DNA of 64,000 nucleotides. Source: Candidatus Woesearchaeota archaeon. Lineage in GTDB: Archaea > Nanobdellota > Nanobdellia > Woesearchaeales > GW2011-AR9. The stretch lies in the NCBI GenBank assembly GCA_016181265.1, contig JACOZP010000011.1:6127-70126 (forward strand). Reading direction: 5' to 3'. The translations under genes were made by a program, and so were the position numbers. The notes beneath the pieces are model-generated. The model saw nothing but the letters and a program-made list of their open reading frames with translations. It searched no databases and was not told where the DNA came from. Shown piece by piece: positions 17,265 through 27,235 of the stretch (positions within the stretch are counted from its first letter, which is position 1; every line of letters starts with the position of its first letter).

Positions 17265-17672
17265 ATGAAGTCGTGGCATGGAATAATACTTCTGGGATTT
17301 GAACATTTCTGGTCTAATTTACGTATTTTTGCATTTCAGAATAGAACAGTTTTTGAACTACTGTTTGTTTTTCTTTATGCTTTTGAACAGGTTCTTTTAA
17401 TTGGATTATCTTACTTAGCAAAAGATTTAATGCAATTAGGATATATTGTTTCTTTCTTTGCCATTATCGTCTTAACGACTTTTGCCGTACATAAAATCCT
17501 GATGGATTCTCGAATAAAAATGCTTGAAGAACAAATTAAAGGTCTTCAACAAGATAAGTTTGTTCTTGAGCTCTCAATTCGAACGATTAAACAAGGGTAC
17601 GAGGAACTTTTTGGGAAAACAGAATATTTAAATAAAGTAAAATCTCCTCAAACTAAAAAAGGTGTTAGTTAA
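17265..17672 (+). CDS. hypothetical membrane protein with a C-terminal coiled coil
   Basis: 135 aa with three hydrophobic spans, then MLEEQIKGLQQDKFVLELSIRTIKQ. Confidence 0.4.
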   Translation: MKSWHGIILLGFEHFWSNLRIFAFQNRTVFELLFVFLYAFEQVLLIGLSYLAKDLMQLGYIVSFFAIIVLTTFAVHKILMDSRIKMLEEQIKGLQQDKFVLELSIRTIKQGYEELFGKTEYLNKVKSPQTKKGVS

Positions 17673-17841
17673 CATGGATCGCGATTTCAAGAAGTTTCTG
17701 TCGGAGAATAAGAAAAAAGTAGACCAAGCAATGACTGAGTTTGAACGGCACAGCAAGGCATTTGATGAGAAGATGAAAAAGATCCTGTCACATATTTAAT
17801 TCTCGTTGCCTATTTCAGAAAACGTATATCTCAAAATTTAA

Positions 17842-18159
17842 TTATTCTTTATTCCATCTTTTTAATGTTTCACGGGTATTATCACCTGCTCTCTGGAAAG
17901 ATCCGTTTAAATCTCTAAGCGCATCCACCAGTGGTTCTAGACTATCATATCGAGAATCGTAGAGCTTTCTTTGTGTTGGGTTGGATAATACTTCATACGC
18001 TTCTTGGATCTCTCTAAATTTCTGTTCATCACCCGTCACTTGATTGTCGGGGTGATATCTTTTAGCTAGCTCTTGCCGGGCTTCTTTAATCTCGGCATCA
18101 GAAGCATCGAATCTTGTTCCGAGGATAGAATAATAATCCACAAAGCGAGTCATGATCAT
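17842..18159 (-). CDS. J-domain (DnaJ-like) protein
   Basis: [33 protein letters not shown] contains the HPD motif. Only 105 aa, starting 5 nt after the fibrillarin stop. Confidence 0.8.
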   Translation of the reverse strand: MIMTRFVDYYSILGTRFDASDAEIKEARQELAKRYHPDNQVTGDEQKFREIQEAYEVLSNPTQRKLYDSRYDSLEPLVDALRDLNGSFQRAGDNTRETLKRWNKE

Positions 18160-18163
18160 TCCT

Positions 18164-18838
18164 CTATTTTTTCACAATAATCATACAGTGATCTTTTTCT
18201 AACGGTTCAAGAACACGATAATCAATAACGGTTAGTTCTTTTTCCACTTTTCTACGGATCTCTTCAAAAATCTGTTTGGATTTTCGCTTGGCATCGATAC
18301 TGCGTGCTTTCACTGCCAATAAACCATAACCTCCTTTTTTCAGAAATAATCGGCAGTTCTCTAGGAAAATTTCTGCTTGATTTTTCTGAGCGATGTCTTG
18401 ATAGACGATGTCAACACCACAAATGCGGGTTTCATATTCTTCCGGGTGATTAGCATCCGCAAGGATGGGAACAATGTTTTTCCGTTGTTCTGAGAGGAAG
18501 ACGAGATCTCGCATAACTCGAGGTGCCGGGTCGATTCCAAAAATCATTCCTTCTGTGCCAACCATATCGCTAACAAAACTGATGGTGTATCCATGACTTG
18601 CACCAAGATAGAGGATGGCATCTCCTTTACGCAGACCTATGTTGGTTGCACCTTTGACGACAGCAGCAGCGAGTTTACTGCGAGTGGGGTCAAACTCACG
18701 ATATTCTATGTTTTTCTCTCGGTATGTCCTTTCGCTAAAGTGAGTTCTACCCGGGAGGAGATTTTGAGTGTATAGTCTCCGACCTTTTTCATCATAGAAT
18801 AGTTCAAAGACTTTATGCGGCTTGATCTTTGTGCTCAT
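18164..18838 (-). CDS. flpA: fibrillarin-like rRNA/tRNA 2'-O-methyltransferase
   Basis: [14 protein letters not shown]...[19 protein letters not shown]...[13 protein letters not shown]...LAVKARSID. Confidence 0.92.
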   Translation of the reverse strand: MSTKIKPHKVFELFYDEKGRRLYTQNLLPGRTHFSERTYREKNIEYREFDPTRSKLAAAVVKGATNIGLRKGDAILYLGASHGYTISFVSDMVGTEGMIFGIDPAPRVMRDLVFLSEQRKNIVPILADANHPEEYETRICGVDIVYQDIAQKNQAEIFLENCRLFLKKGGYGLLAVKARSIDAKRKSKQIFEEIRRKVEKELTVIDYRVLEPLEKDHCMIIVKK

Positions 18839-19719
18839 GCGAATTTCTCCTCTAACTCTTTTTTATATTCTTTGGCTTTGAATTCGCCTTTGAAATAATC
18901 TAGACGAGCGCATAATGATAGTTTGTCCGCGAGCAGGCGAGCGGCTTTTCCTTTTTTGTCTTTGGAGGCATTTTGGATCAGCGGGTGGGAGAAGAGGACT
19001 CCGTATTTTGGTGATCTAGCTCCAGTCTTGATATGGCGGAATAATGCTTTCTCCGCGCCGAGAAGTTGGATGGTAGATGCGGGGAGGACAGCAAGGTGCT
19101 TCAATCCTCTACCAATCTCCAGAAGGCGAGCGCCAATCGTCGCTCCGGCTAATTCCAATAGGTTAGGGCAATACTCTTGCATTATCTTTTGAAGATACCG
19201 ATCTTGATCTTGCCGAAGCTTATAGAGTTGTTGAATCTGTTTTGCGAGAAGGATAATTTCGGCGACATGGCGCTGTTCTAAGTCCGCCCCCATCGTTTCG
19301 GTAATGGCATATTCTGTTTGTAGTTCTACTCTTGTCTTTGTGGCGATCAACTCTGCGAAGCGTTCATGGTTTGTCACTTTTTCTGAGAGTTCGGGTAAGC
19401 ATAAGCCGTACCATTCTCGTAGTCGTTTGGATAGTAAGTTACAGATCTGATCCATCTCGCTGATAGACGCAATGACCTGCATGATCAATGAGTCGTTATT
19501 CACGGCATTTTTGATGGATTCTTTTGTGATGGGAAGATTGCGGGTATAAAATTCCCGGAAATGCTGTCGATTCTTGAGGAGTTGTAGAACTGCGTATTTT
19601 TTTTCAGGAGGAAGAGGAAGTAATTTCTGTGCTTCTTTTCTTTCATGAAGAATTGTTATTTTCTGTACTGTTTCGTCTACGGCAATCTGGCCGAGGAGAT
19701 GGGTGAACACATATTTCAT
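18835..19719 (-). CDS. nop5: C/D box snoRNP protein Nop5 (Nop56/58 family)
   Basis: Nop domain: GATIGARLLEIGRGLKHLAVLPASTIQLLGAEKALFRHIKTGARSPKYGVLFSHPLI. Overlaps flpA by 4 nt. Confidence 0.88.
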   Translation of the reverse strand: MKYVFTHLLGQIAVDETVQKITILHERKEAQKLLPLPPEKKYAVLQLLKNRQHFREFYTRNLPITKESIKNAVNNDSLIMQVIASISEMDQICNLLSKRLREWYGLCLPELSEKVTNHERFAELIATKTRVELQTEYAITETMGADLEQRHVAEIILLAKQIQQLYKLRQDQDRYLQKIMQEYCPNLLELAGATIGARLLEIGRGLKHLAVLPASTIQLLGAEKALFRHIKTGARSPKYGVLFSHPLIQNASKDKKGKAARLLADKLSLCARLDYFKGEFKAKEYKKELEEKFA

Positions 19720-19740
19720 GGCCTCTTTGAGAGACGTAAG

Positions 19741-19750
19741 CTATATAAAC
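19741..19750. promoter_or_regulatory. shared TATA box between divergent nop5 and the zinc-ribbon gene
   Basis: CTATATAAAC is centred 26.5 nt from the nop5 ATG (19719) and 31.5 nt from the ATG at 19777. Confidence 0.45.
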
Positions 19751-19776
19751 TTTCTCGTGGTTTCTGTGAAATTAGG

Positions 19777-20016
19777 ATGACTCGGCTTTTGTTGACATTA
19801 GGTGAAAAGAAGTGTGATTATTGTTGCCATGCTCTTCCTGCCATCGGGAATTCGTCGTGGGATGGAAAAGAAGATTCGCTCCATTACAAGCATGTTGATT
19901 GTTCTCGATGCGGGAAAGAGAATTGGTTAAAACTCGATTTTCATGGGTCAGGTCATGATGGCATATTAGAGAACAAAACAATTGAGTCCATTATCCGAAA
20001 GGTTGCGGAGAGATAA
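19777..20016 (+). CDS. hypothetical zinc-ribbon protein
   Basis: Trimmed to the ATG at 19777. CDYCCH...CSRCGKE provides Cys pairs; 79 aa. Confidence 0.45.
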   Translation: MTRLLLTLGEKKCDYCCHALPAIGNSSWDGKEDSLHYKHVDCSRCGKENWLKLDFHGSGHDGILENKTIESIIRKVAER

Positions 20017-20017
20017 A

Positions 20018-20491
20018 TTGGTTACTATTAGCGTTGGAGAAAAAGTATTTAGTTTCACGTTACCCGATCAAGATGGGAAAATGATTTCTCTCTCGGGATT
20101 GCGTGGGGACTGGATCATTCTTTATTTTTACCCTAAAGATAATACTCCCGGTTGTACGATTGAAGGGCAAGGCTTTTCGCATCTGAGAGAAGAATTTGAA
20201 CGTAGGGGAGCAATTATCGTGGGGGTCAGTCCTGATTCTCTCAAGAGCCATTGTAATTTTATTAAGAAACAGGGTCTTACCATTACTTTGTTGAGCGATC
20301 AAAAGAAGGTCGTGTTGAAAAAGTATGGCGTCTGGGGGAAAAAGAAGTTTATGGGAAGGGAATATATGGGTGTTTTACGAACGACAATATTAGTGGATCG
20401 TAAGGGGATCGTTCGTTTTGTCTGGGGAGATGTCAATGTGAAAGGACATGCTCAGGAAGTTTTAGAGATGTTAAAAGAATTGCAGAAGTGA
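20018..20491 (+). CDS. bcp: peroxiredoxin (Bcp-type thiol peroxidase)
   Basis: ILYFYPKDNTPGCTIE is the active site. A TTG start at 20018 directly follows the upstream stop; the track ORF extends to 19982. Confidence 0.85.
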   Translation: MVTISVGEKVFSFTLPDQDGKMISLSGLRGDWIILYFYPKDNTPGCTIEGQGFSHLREEFERRGAIIVGVSPDSLKSHCNFIKKQGLTITLLSDQKKVVLKKYGVWGKKKFMGREYMGVLRTTILVDRKGIVRFVWGDVNVKGHAQEVLEMLKELQK

Positions 20492-20528
20492 AGTATTAGC
20501 CTTATTTCTTGGAATCAACTCTCTCCTC

Positions 20529-21041
20529 TTAGTTCTTTGGCGGCGGACTAGGTAATCTTTTATCTCTCCCAACTTTTAATTCCAGTTGAACATATTCTCC
20601 TAAACGGTCGACGACGTCATCTATACACCAACAGTTTTGTAGTTTGTATTTTGCTGCGCTTTCTTCTCCACTGACAATATTTAGAGTTTGAAAATTCGTC
20701 GTCTGAATCTTAAGAGTTGATGGGTCGGTAGAATCAAATGGGCGCAGATAAATATATCCGGTAGGATTTCTTCCAGGGCGTTGATTTACTTCAATAGGAT
20801 ATACCACTCCCCACGTGATCCCGGTGTGGCGCAATACCTTATCGTAAGGGTTCCAGCGAAGACATGATTCTATCCCTAAAAGATGTTGGCCCTCTTTGTG
20901 TACGAGGTAGACGTCTCTTGTTTGTTCTTGAGGAAAGTACTGTCTCAGATCTGGGCTTAAAGCAGTAAAAAATCTGGCTTCTGCATGATCGATAAAGTCC
21001 TGGGGGAGAATTAGTTTTTGTCGATGAGTTTTTTCAGTCAT
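20529..21041 (-). CDS. hypothetical protein
   Basis: 170-aa ORF. A TATA-like GATATAAATA (21063-21072) lies about 25 nt upstream of the start. No motif recognised. Confidence 0.5.
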   Translation of the reverse strand: MTEKTHRQKLILPQDFIDHAEARFFTALSPDLRQYFPQEQTRDVYLVHKEGQHLLGIESCLRWNPYDKVLRHTGITWGVVYPIEVNQRPGRNPTGYIYLRPFDSTDPSTLKIQTTNFQTLNIVSGEESAAKYKLQNCWCIDDVVDRLGEYVQLELKVGRDKRLPSPPPKN

Positions 21042-21365
21042 TTGGTTACTAAAGTGAGAATGGATATAAATACACTATTGCCCTGCGGTAGATAGGCGGG
21101 TAAGAGGGATGCGATTTGCTGATTTATTCTCATCCCTACCGATATCTTTATAAAGAAGTGCTCTTCACAACGGGACTTAACGCATAATCGGTTATAATCA
21201 CACTGATTGGCCAGACCAATTAAATGCTTATGACCTGTCGCCTGAAAAAGTAACCATCACCGAAGTCAGCTCTGATATTCTTTGATGGGAACTCCCAATA
21301 GGTAATTACCATCGCGTTAATCGGAAGAGGTCTTTAGCTAGAGACCAAAATAGGTAAACTATACA

Positions 21366-22334
21366 ATGCCACGATCAAGACACCCACGACGAGGAAGCAT
21401 GCAGTTTTGGCCTAGAAAGCGCTCTCGTCACACGCTGGTTCGAGTTCGTTCTTGGGTTGCTGATACCAAAGCAAAACCCCTCGGTTTTATTGGTTTTAAA
21501 GCAGGAATGACTCACTTGCAGGTCATCGATAATCGTCCTAAGTCCCCTACCAAAGGGGAAAAAGTTTTCGTTCCTTCTACCATCATTGAATGCCCACCGA
21601 TGACCGTGGCAGGTATTGCATTTTATCAACAAACTTCTGTTGGTATGCGTAAAGTCACTTCTGTCATGGCTGAGAAATTAGTCAAAGAGCTTGCTCGGCG
21701 TGTTCAGGTTCCTAAAAAACCATCTAAAAAAACATCAGAGGTCTCTTTATATGATGACCTTCGTCTTCTGGTCCATACTAATCCTAAAGAAACATCTACG
21801 GGTGGCAAACGGCCAAAATTATTGGAGATCGCTATTGGGGGTTCTAAAGAGGAAAAGATGGCGTATGCTCAGGGTGTATTGGGTAAAGAAATCACGATCA
21901 ATGAAGTTTTCACTTCCGGCGCTAGCGTTGATGTCCATGGGGTTTCTAAAGGAAAAGGTTTTCAGGGCACTGTTAAGCGCTTCGGTGTTCCGGTTCGCCA
22001 GCATAAAGCAGAAAAAACGAAACGGGGCATCGGTAACCTTGGTTCGTGGACACCAAAACATGTTCAATTTTCCGTTCCCCAATCGGGTAAAATGGGTTTT
22101 CATTCACGGACAGAATACAACAAACAAATCATGAAGATCGGTACACAAGGTTCCGAAATTAATCCGGCAGGCGGAATTGTCCGTTACGGTCTGGTCCATA
22201 GTAATTATGTTCTATTACGCGGTTCTGTAGTTGGTACTAAGAAACGAGAAGTTGTTCTTACTCCCTCCATGAGACCAAATCCTAAAATGACGAAGGAGGC
22301 TCCAGAGATCAGCTATGTCTCTTTACGTGCATAA
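21366..22334 (+). CDS. rpl3: 50S ribosomal protein uL3
   Basis: GFKAGMTH...HGVSKGKGFQGTVKRFG. First gene of the r-protein cluster. Confidence 0.95.
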   Translation: MPRSRHPRRGSMQFWPRKRSRHTLVRVRSWVADTKAKPLGFIGFKAGMTHLQVIDNRPKSPTKGEKVFVPSTIIECPPMTVAGIAFYQQTSVGMRKVTSVMAEKLVKELARRVQVPKKPSKKTSEVSLYDDLRLLVHTNPKETSTGGKRPKLLEIAIGGSKEEKMAYAQGVLGKEITINEVFTSGASVDVHGVSKGKGFQGTVKRFGVPVRQHKAEKTKRGIGNLGSWTPKHVQFSVPQSGKMGFHSRTEYNKQIMKIGTQGSEINPAGGIVRYGLVHSNYVLLRGSVVGTKKREVVLTPSMRPNPKMTKEAPEISYVSLRA

Positions 22335-22335
22335 C

Positions 22336-23142
22336 ATGAAAATCACTACCTATTCCGTTGAGAAACAGAAGAAGCATGAAGTAGAATTGCCTTCTCAGTT
22401 TCAGGAAGAATATCGTCCTGATTTGATCAAGCGTTCAGTCCATGCGTTACAGAGCGCTTCTCGTCAAGCTTATGGTGCTTCTTCTGAAGCTGGTTTCCGT
22501 CATTCTTCAAGAGTCAGTAAACGTCGCCGTGATTACCGAGGTTGTTATGGTTTCGGTGTCAGCCGTGTCAATCGGAAAGTTCTTTCTCGTCGGGGAACAA
22601 GAATGTTCTGGGTAGGGGCCTTTTCTCCTCAGACTGTTGGCGGACGTCGTGCTCATCCTCCTAAGCAAATTAAACTTGTTGAAAAACAGATCAATAAAAA
22701 AGAGAACCAAAAAGCAATCCGTTCAGCGATGGCAGCAACAGTAAACAAAGATATCGTCACCAAGCGCGGACATTTCCTTCCGGTGGAGTATCCTTTCATC
22801 TTAGATTCTTCTTTGGAAAATTTACAGAAGACTAAGGATGTAGAGAGTGCTCTTATCAAACTGGGTTTTGGAACCGAACTGGAGCATTCACTCGTAAAGA
22901 AAATTCGGGCGGGCCTCGCAACGATGCGTGGTCGGAAATATAAGCACCGGAAAGGAATCCTCATTGTCTTAAGTGGTGATTGTCCTTTAGTGAAAGCAGC
23001 AAAGAACGTTCCTGGTGTAGATGTTGTTAAAGCACGTGAACTAAATGCCGAAGTGCTTGCTCCTGGCGCTCTTCCGGGAAGATTGACATTATGGACGGAA
23101 AGCGCACTTGAACTTATCAAGAAAGAAAAATTATTTGCATAA
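22336..23142 (+). CDS. rpl4: 50S ribosomal protein uL4
   Basis: Trimmed to the ATG at 22336, directly after the rpl3 stop. RAGLATMRGRKYKHRKGILIV. Confidence 0.92.
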   Translation: MKITTYSVEKQKKHEVELPSQFQEEYRPDLIKRSVHALQSASRQAYGASSEAGFRHSSRVSKRRRDYRGCYGFGVSRVNRKVLSRRGTRMFWVGAFSPQTVGGRRAHPPKQIKLVEKQINKKENQKAIRSAMAATVNKDIVTKRGHFLPVEYPFILDSSLENLQKTKDVESALIKLGFGTELEHSLVKKIRAGLATMRGRKYKHRKGILIVLSGDCPLVKAAKNVPGVDVVKARELNAEVLAPGALPGRLTLWTESALELIKKEKLFA

Positions 23143-23177
23143 ACATTGAAGATAAAAATACCTAATCAACAAATACT

Positions 23178-23510
23178 ATGGCAGCAATTAAAAAAACGAA
23201 AGCGGAATTAAAAGCACAAAAAGCACAGCCCTTGCTAGACTCCGTTTCATTTGATCCGTATGCTGTGTTAAAAGCACCCCTCTCTACAGAGAAGTGCATC
23301 CGTCAGATTGAATTTGAAAATAAGCTGGTATTTGTCGTGCATAACGCTGCGACGAAACAGGATGTTCGGCGAGCAGTTGAACAACTATTTAAAGTGAAAG
23401 TTGCTACGGTCAATATTCAAAATGCATTTCAGGGAGAGAAGCGTGCTTACGTACGATTAGCAAGCGGCAGCTTAGCGTCGGATGTTAGTGCTGATCTTGG
23501 TCTGATCTAG
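23178..23510 (+). CDS. rpl23: 50S ribosomal protein uL23
   Basis: NKLVFVVHNAATKQDVRRAVEQLFKVKVATVN. Ends in TAG. Confidence 0.92.
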   Translation: MAAIKKTKAELKAQKAQPLLDSVSFDPYAVLKAPLSTEKCIRQIEFENKLVFVVHNAATKQDVRRAVEQLFKVKVATVNIQNAFQGEKRAYVRLASGSLASDVSADLGLI

Positions 23511-23520
23511 GTGATCATCA

Positions 23521-24225
23521 ATGGGTAAACGCATCATTCAACAACGGCGAGGACGGGGAACAAAAACCTACACTTCTCCTAGCTTCCGCTTCCAAGGAGA
23601 TGTAAAGCATCCTGCTTTAGAAACCCAAGGTGTTGTTGTAGATCTTGTCCATTGTGGTGGACACACTGCTCCTTTAATGGAAGTGTCTTATCTTACTGGT
23701 GAAAAGCATTTAGCCTTTGCTCCTGAGGGGGTTTATGTTGGTGACGAGATCACGATAGGGATGAGCGCAGAGATCAGGATGGGTAACGTCCTCCCTTTGC
23801 ATCAAATTCCCGAGGGTACATTGATCCATAATATCGAATTGCGTCCTGGTGATGGGGGTAAATTAGTTCGTTCATCTGGTTCATTCGCAAAAGTTATCGC
23901 GAAAACAGACAAGGATGTGCGTGTACTCCTTCCTTCACGTAAAGAGAAATTGTTTGCTCTGGACTGTCGAGCAGCGATTGGCACCATCTCTGGCGCAGGA
24001 AGAACAGAGAAACCTTTCCTTAAAGCAGGGACGCGTTACATGAAAATGCGTGTACGAAATAAGCTTTATCCTCATGTTTGTGGAATCTCGATGAACGCCG
24101 TCGACCACCCATTTGGTGGAAAATGTTCACATATCAAAGGTCGTCCAACTCAATCACCGCGTAGCGCACCTCCTGGACGTAAAGTTGGTAAGATCGCTCC
24201 GCGTAGGACGGGAAGAAAAAGATAA
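23521..24225 (+). CDS. rpl2: 50S ribosomal protein uL2
   Basis: GNVLPLHQIPEGTLIHNIE...MNAVDHPFGG. Confidence 0.95.
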   Translation: MGKRIIQQRRGRGTKTYTSPSFRFQGDVKHPALETQGVVVDLVHCGGHTAPLMEVSYLTGEKHLAFAPEGVYVGDEITIGMSAEIRMGNVLPLHQIPEGTLIHNIELRPGDGGKLVRSSGSFAKVIAKTDKDVRVLLPSRKEKLFALDCRAAIGTISGAGRTEKPFLKAGTRYMKMRVRNKLYPHVCGISMNAVDHPFGGKCSHIKGRPTQSPRSAPPGRKVGKIAPRRTGRKR

Positions 24226-24271
24226 ATAGAAAAGATACATAAACTGATACAAAGATTTACGGTAAAACACA

Positions 24272-24652
24272 ATGGCAAAAGAATTCACTTGGCGGGGAAA
24301 ATCGGAAGAAGAAATCAAGAAGCTTGATCTCAAGCAGTTTTCACTTCTTGTTCCCGCGCGTCAGCGTCGCTCATTGGAAAGAGGATTCACTCCCTTTCAG
24401 AAAAAGCTATTGCGACGCCTTGAAGCTGGTGAAAATAATGTTAAGACTCATTGCCGTGATCTGATCATCTTACCACTAATGCTTGGGAAAACTCTTCGCG
24501 TCTATAACGGTAAAGAATATGTTTCGTTATTGATCGTGCCAGATATGATCGGACATTATCTGGGAGAATTTTCTCATACGAGGAAAAATGTAACACACAG
24601 TGCCGCGGGTATCGGGGCGACTCGATCGAGTAAATCGGTCTCTGCAAGATAA
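24272..24652 (+). CDS. rps19: 30S ribosomal protein uS19
   Basis: TLRVYNGKEYVSLLIVPDMIGHYLGEFSHTRK. Confidence 0.93.
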   Translation: MAKEFTWRGKSEEEIKKLDLKQFSLLVPARQRRSLERGFTPFQKKLLRRLEAGENNVKTHCRDLIILPLMLGKTLRVYNGKEYVSLLIVPDMIGHYLGEFSHTRKNVTHSAAGIGATRSSKSVSAR

Positions 24653-24696
24653 ACATTAATGAAATAAAAATCAAAACCGATCACCAAAAAATAAAA

Positions 24697-25488
24697 ATGG
24701 CTCAACAAACCACCACAAAGGGAATAGAACATCAAGCTTCAGCGAAATCGTTGAATATTCCTGTCTCTACAAAACACAGCATAGAGATTGCTAAAGCTAT
24801 CCGGTATAAGACTACGAGTTATGCCAAGCAGCTTTTGGCAGATGTGGTTGCTCTTAAAAGACCTATTGAATTCAGAACGTTTAAGAATAATATTGGTCAC
24901 AAGCCGGGGATGGCTGCTGGTCGATTTCCTGAAAAAGCAGCACGGCAATTCCTTAAGTTAGTCCACGCAGTAGAAGCTAACGCTCAATTTAAAGGGTTAA
25001 ATGTTGATGATCTCAAGATTGTCAAGATGACTGCTAACCTTGCATCTATTCCTTCTGGGGGGGGAAGACTGCGACATAAGACCAAGAGAACGCACTTAGA
25101 GATTGTCGTCAAAGAACGGACTCCTGCTCAGAAAAAGAGTAGAAAGAAAGAAGCGAAAGAAACGACGGGCGAGGCTTCTCCTGCAACCAAGACTGTAGAA
25201 AGCGAGCCTTCTCTAAGAATGGCTGAAGGGAAACCTGAAGTAAAAAACTCCGCTAAACAGCCACTTCCTTCACAGACACCACGATCATCAGGCCCAGTTC
25301 ACTTATCCGTTCCAAAGACGGAACCAAACTCTCAGGATCTCCTTAAGAAAGCACAAGCTCGTGCAGCAGAGTTAAATAAAGGTGCTGCTGCCCAAAAGTC
25401 AGTCGAGGAAGTATCCAAGCTTTATTCTGAACTCTCCAAGAAAGGAACATTGCGAGATGCAAAACCAACGATGGTGAAACAATCATGA
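24697..25488 (+). CDS. rpl22: 50S ribosomal protein uL22 with a roughly 110-aa C-terminal extension
   Basis: Core is PVSTKHSIEIAKAIRYKTTSYAKQLLADVVALKRPIEF. The tail from about aa 150 is K/E/S/P-rich. Confidence 0.9.
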   Translation: MAQQTTTKGIEHQASAKSLNIPVSTKHSIEIAKAIRYKTTSYAKQLLADVVALKRPIEFRTFKNNIGHKPGMAAGRFPEKAARQFLKLVHAVEANAQFKGLNVDDLKIVKMTANLASIPSGGGRLRHKTKRTHLEIVVKERTPAQKKSRKKEAKETTGEASPATKTVESEPSLRMAEGKPEVKNSAKQPLPSQTPRSSGPVHLSVPKTEPNSQDLLKKAQARAAELNKGAAAQKSVEEVSKLYSELSKKGTLRDAKPTMVKQS

Positions 25489-26303
25489 TCGAACGACAAT
25501 TCATCGCACAAAAGACAAAAGAGTACTATATCAAAAAGTACATCGAAGAGCATCTTCGTGGAGTTGGTATCTCTCAAATTAGATTAAAGAAGATCCCTTT
25601 AGGGGAGAAGATCATCATCTCAGCGAGTAAACCGAGCTTAATTGTCGGCTCTAAAGGTTCCAATATCCGTGAGCTAACGCGCGTCTTGAAGACTGAATTT
25701 AAATTAGAAAATCCTCAGATAGAAATTGCAGAAATCAGAAATATTTTCCTTGATGCGAATATTGTCGCTCAACGGATCGCTAGTTCATTAGAACGTTTCG
25801 GTTCAGCACGTTTCAAAAGTATTGGTCATAAGATTATGGAGAACGTCATCAATTCGGGCGCTTTGGGAGTAGAAATTATTGTTTCCGGTAAGATTCCTAG
25901 CGCTCGTGCAAAAAGCTGGCGTTTCTATCAAGGATACTTAAAGAAGTGTGGTGATATCGCCATCAGCGGTGTCCTCAAAGCACAAGCAATTGCTCTGTTG
26001 AAGAGCGGAATTGTTGGGATCAAAGTAGCGATCATGCCTCCTGATATTGTTCTTCCTGACCGGGTTGAAATCGTCAAGGAATTATCTTTGGAAGTGGAAG
26101 AAGTAAAACCTACTCCCGCAGAAGAAGCAGCGAGTGAAGAAAGAGCGGCAGCTGCGTCTAAGAAAAAAGCTGTAACAAAAAAGAAAGCATCATCTCCTCG
26201 GAAGAAGAAAGTTAAAGAAGAAGACTCTTCTGCCGATGGGAAGAAATCAGAAGAAACAGGAGCAGAAGTCTCTACGGACTCTTCAGCAGAACAAGAACAA
26301 TGA
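25485..26303 (+). CDS. rps3: 30S ribosomal protein uS3
   Basis: KH domain EKIIISASKPSLIVGSKGSNIRELT, followed by a K/E/S-rich tail. Confidence 0.93.
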   Translation: MIERQFIAQKTKEYYIKKYIEEHLRGVGISQIRLKKIPLGEKIIISASKPSLIVGSKGSNIRELTRVLKTEFKLENPQIEIAEIRNIFLDANIVAQRIASSLERFGSARFKSIGHKIMENVINSGALGVEIIVSGKIPSARAKSWRFYQGYLKKCGDIAISGVLKAQAIALLKSGIVGIKVAIMPPDIVLPDRVEIVKELSLEVEEVKPTPAEEAASEERAAAASKKKAVTKKKASSPRKKKVKEEDSSADGKKSEETGAEVSTDSSAEQEQ

Positions 26304-26515
26304 AAACGACTAAAGAATTACAATCACTTGGTACTGGAGACCTACAGAAACGTTTAGAAGAGTTTAAAAAGGAACTCTTAAAGTTAAATGTTCAAGTCGC
26401 CAGCGGCGCGAATACTGCTAATCCGGGCAAACTCCGACAAACAAAGAAAAATATTGCTCGCATCAACATGTTACTCCACAATAAAGGGGAGGCATCTACA
26501 CCAAAACATGGTTGA
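26300..26515 (+). CDS. rpl29: 50S ribosomal protein uL29
   Basis: LQKRLEEFKKELLKLNVQVASG...KLRQTKKNIARI. Confidence 0.9.
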   Translation: MKTTKELQSLGTGDLQKRLEEFKKELLKLNVQVASGANTANPGKLRQTKKNIARINMLLHNKGEASTPKHG

Positions 26516-26816
26516 CGTTTGCAATCAATGTGGTCTACCCATGGACTTGTGTGTCTGTGAGACTATCGCTCGTGAACAACAGAAGATCACGGTCGGAATA
26601 GAAAAAAGGAAATTCGGGAAAAAATATACTATCGTAAAAGGCTTCAAGAATGAGGTCAATGTCGAAGAGATATTCCGAAAATTAAAATCAAAGTTTGCTT
26701 GTGGCGGAACAGCCAAAAGCGGACAGATTGAGTTGCAGGGTGATCACAAGTCGCGGATGAAAGCCGTGCTTGTGGAATTGGGTTTCCCTGAAGAAACAAT
26801 TGAAATCCAACATTAA
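26508..26816 (+). CDS. sui1: translation initiation factor aSUI1 (eIF1 family)
   Basis: Trimmed to the ATG at 26508. ITVGIEKRKFGKKYTIVKGF...LKSKFACGGTAKSGQIELQGDH. Confidence 0.9.
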   Translation: MVDVCNQCGLPMDLCVCETIAREQQKITVGIEKRKFGKKYTIVKGFKNEVNVEEIFRKLKSKFACGGTAKSGQIELQGDHKSRMKAVLVELGFPEETIEIQH

Positions 26817-26860
26817 AAGAGAATCCATCAATACTTCAATAGTATTGGTGCAGGGAAAAC

Positions 26861-27115
26861 ATGGCTCGTGAACCGACGTATTTCCAAGGACTCATTGGAA
26901 AGAAAATATATGTCGTGGACTCGACAAACCAACAGCTTATCGGTCTTAGTGGGTCTGTCGTTGATGAGACAAAATCAACATTGACCATCTTGACTGATGA
27001 GAAGAAGCGGAAGAAGCTGCTTAAAGCAGCAATCACGTTTCATCTTGAGGGTGATAATACCCCCATTCCTGGTTTGACTATCCTCCGACGTCCGGAAGAA
27101 CGAGTCAAGCAATAG
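26861..27115 (+). CDS. rnp1: RNase P protein component 1 (Rpp29/Pop4)
   Basis: Sits at the conserved position between sui1 and rps17. LIGKKIYVVDSTNQQLIGLSGSVVDETKSTLTI. Confidence 0.85.
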   Translation: MAREPTYFQGLIGKKIYVVDSTNQQLIGLSGSVVDETKSTLTILTDEKKRKKLLKAAITFHLEGDNTPIPGLTILRRPEERVKQ

Positions 27116-27235
27116 CCTTCCAGCAATAACCTGTTAGGAAATAATCAATTTCCTTATTAACGAAGATCAGAAAAAAAGATAAAAAATAAGAAATAAAAAT
27201 ACGTAATTAAACAAATACCAATCGATGTGAAAAAT

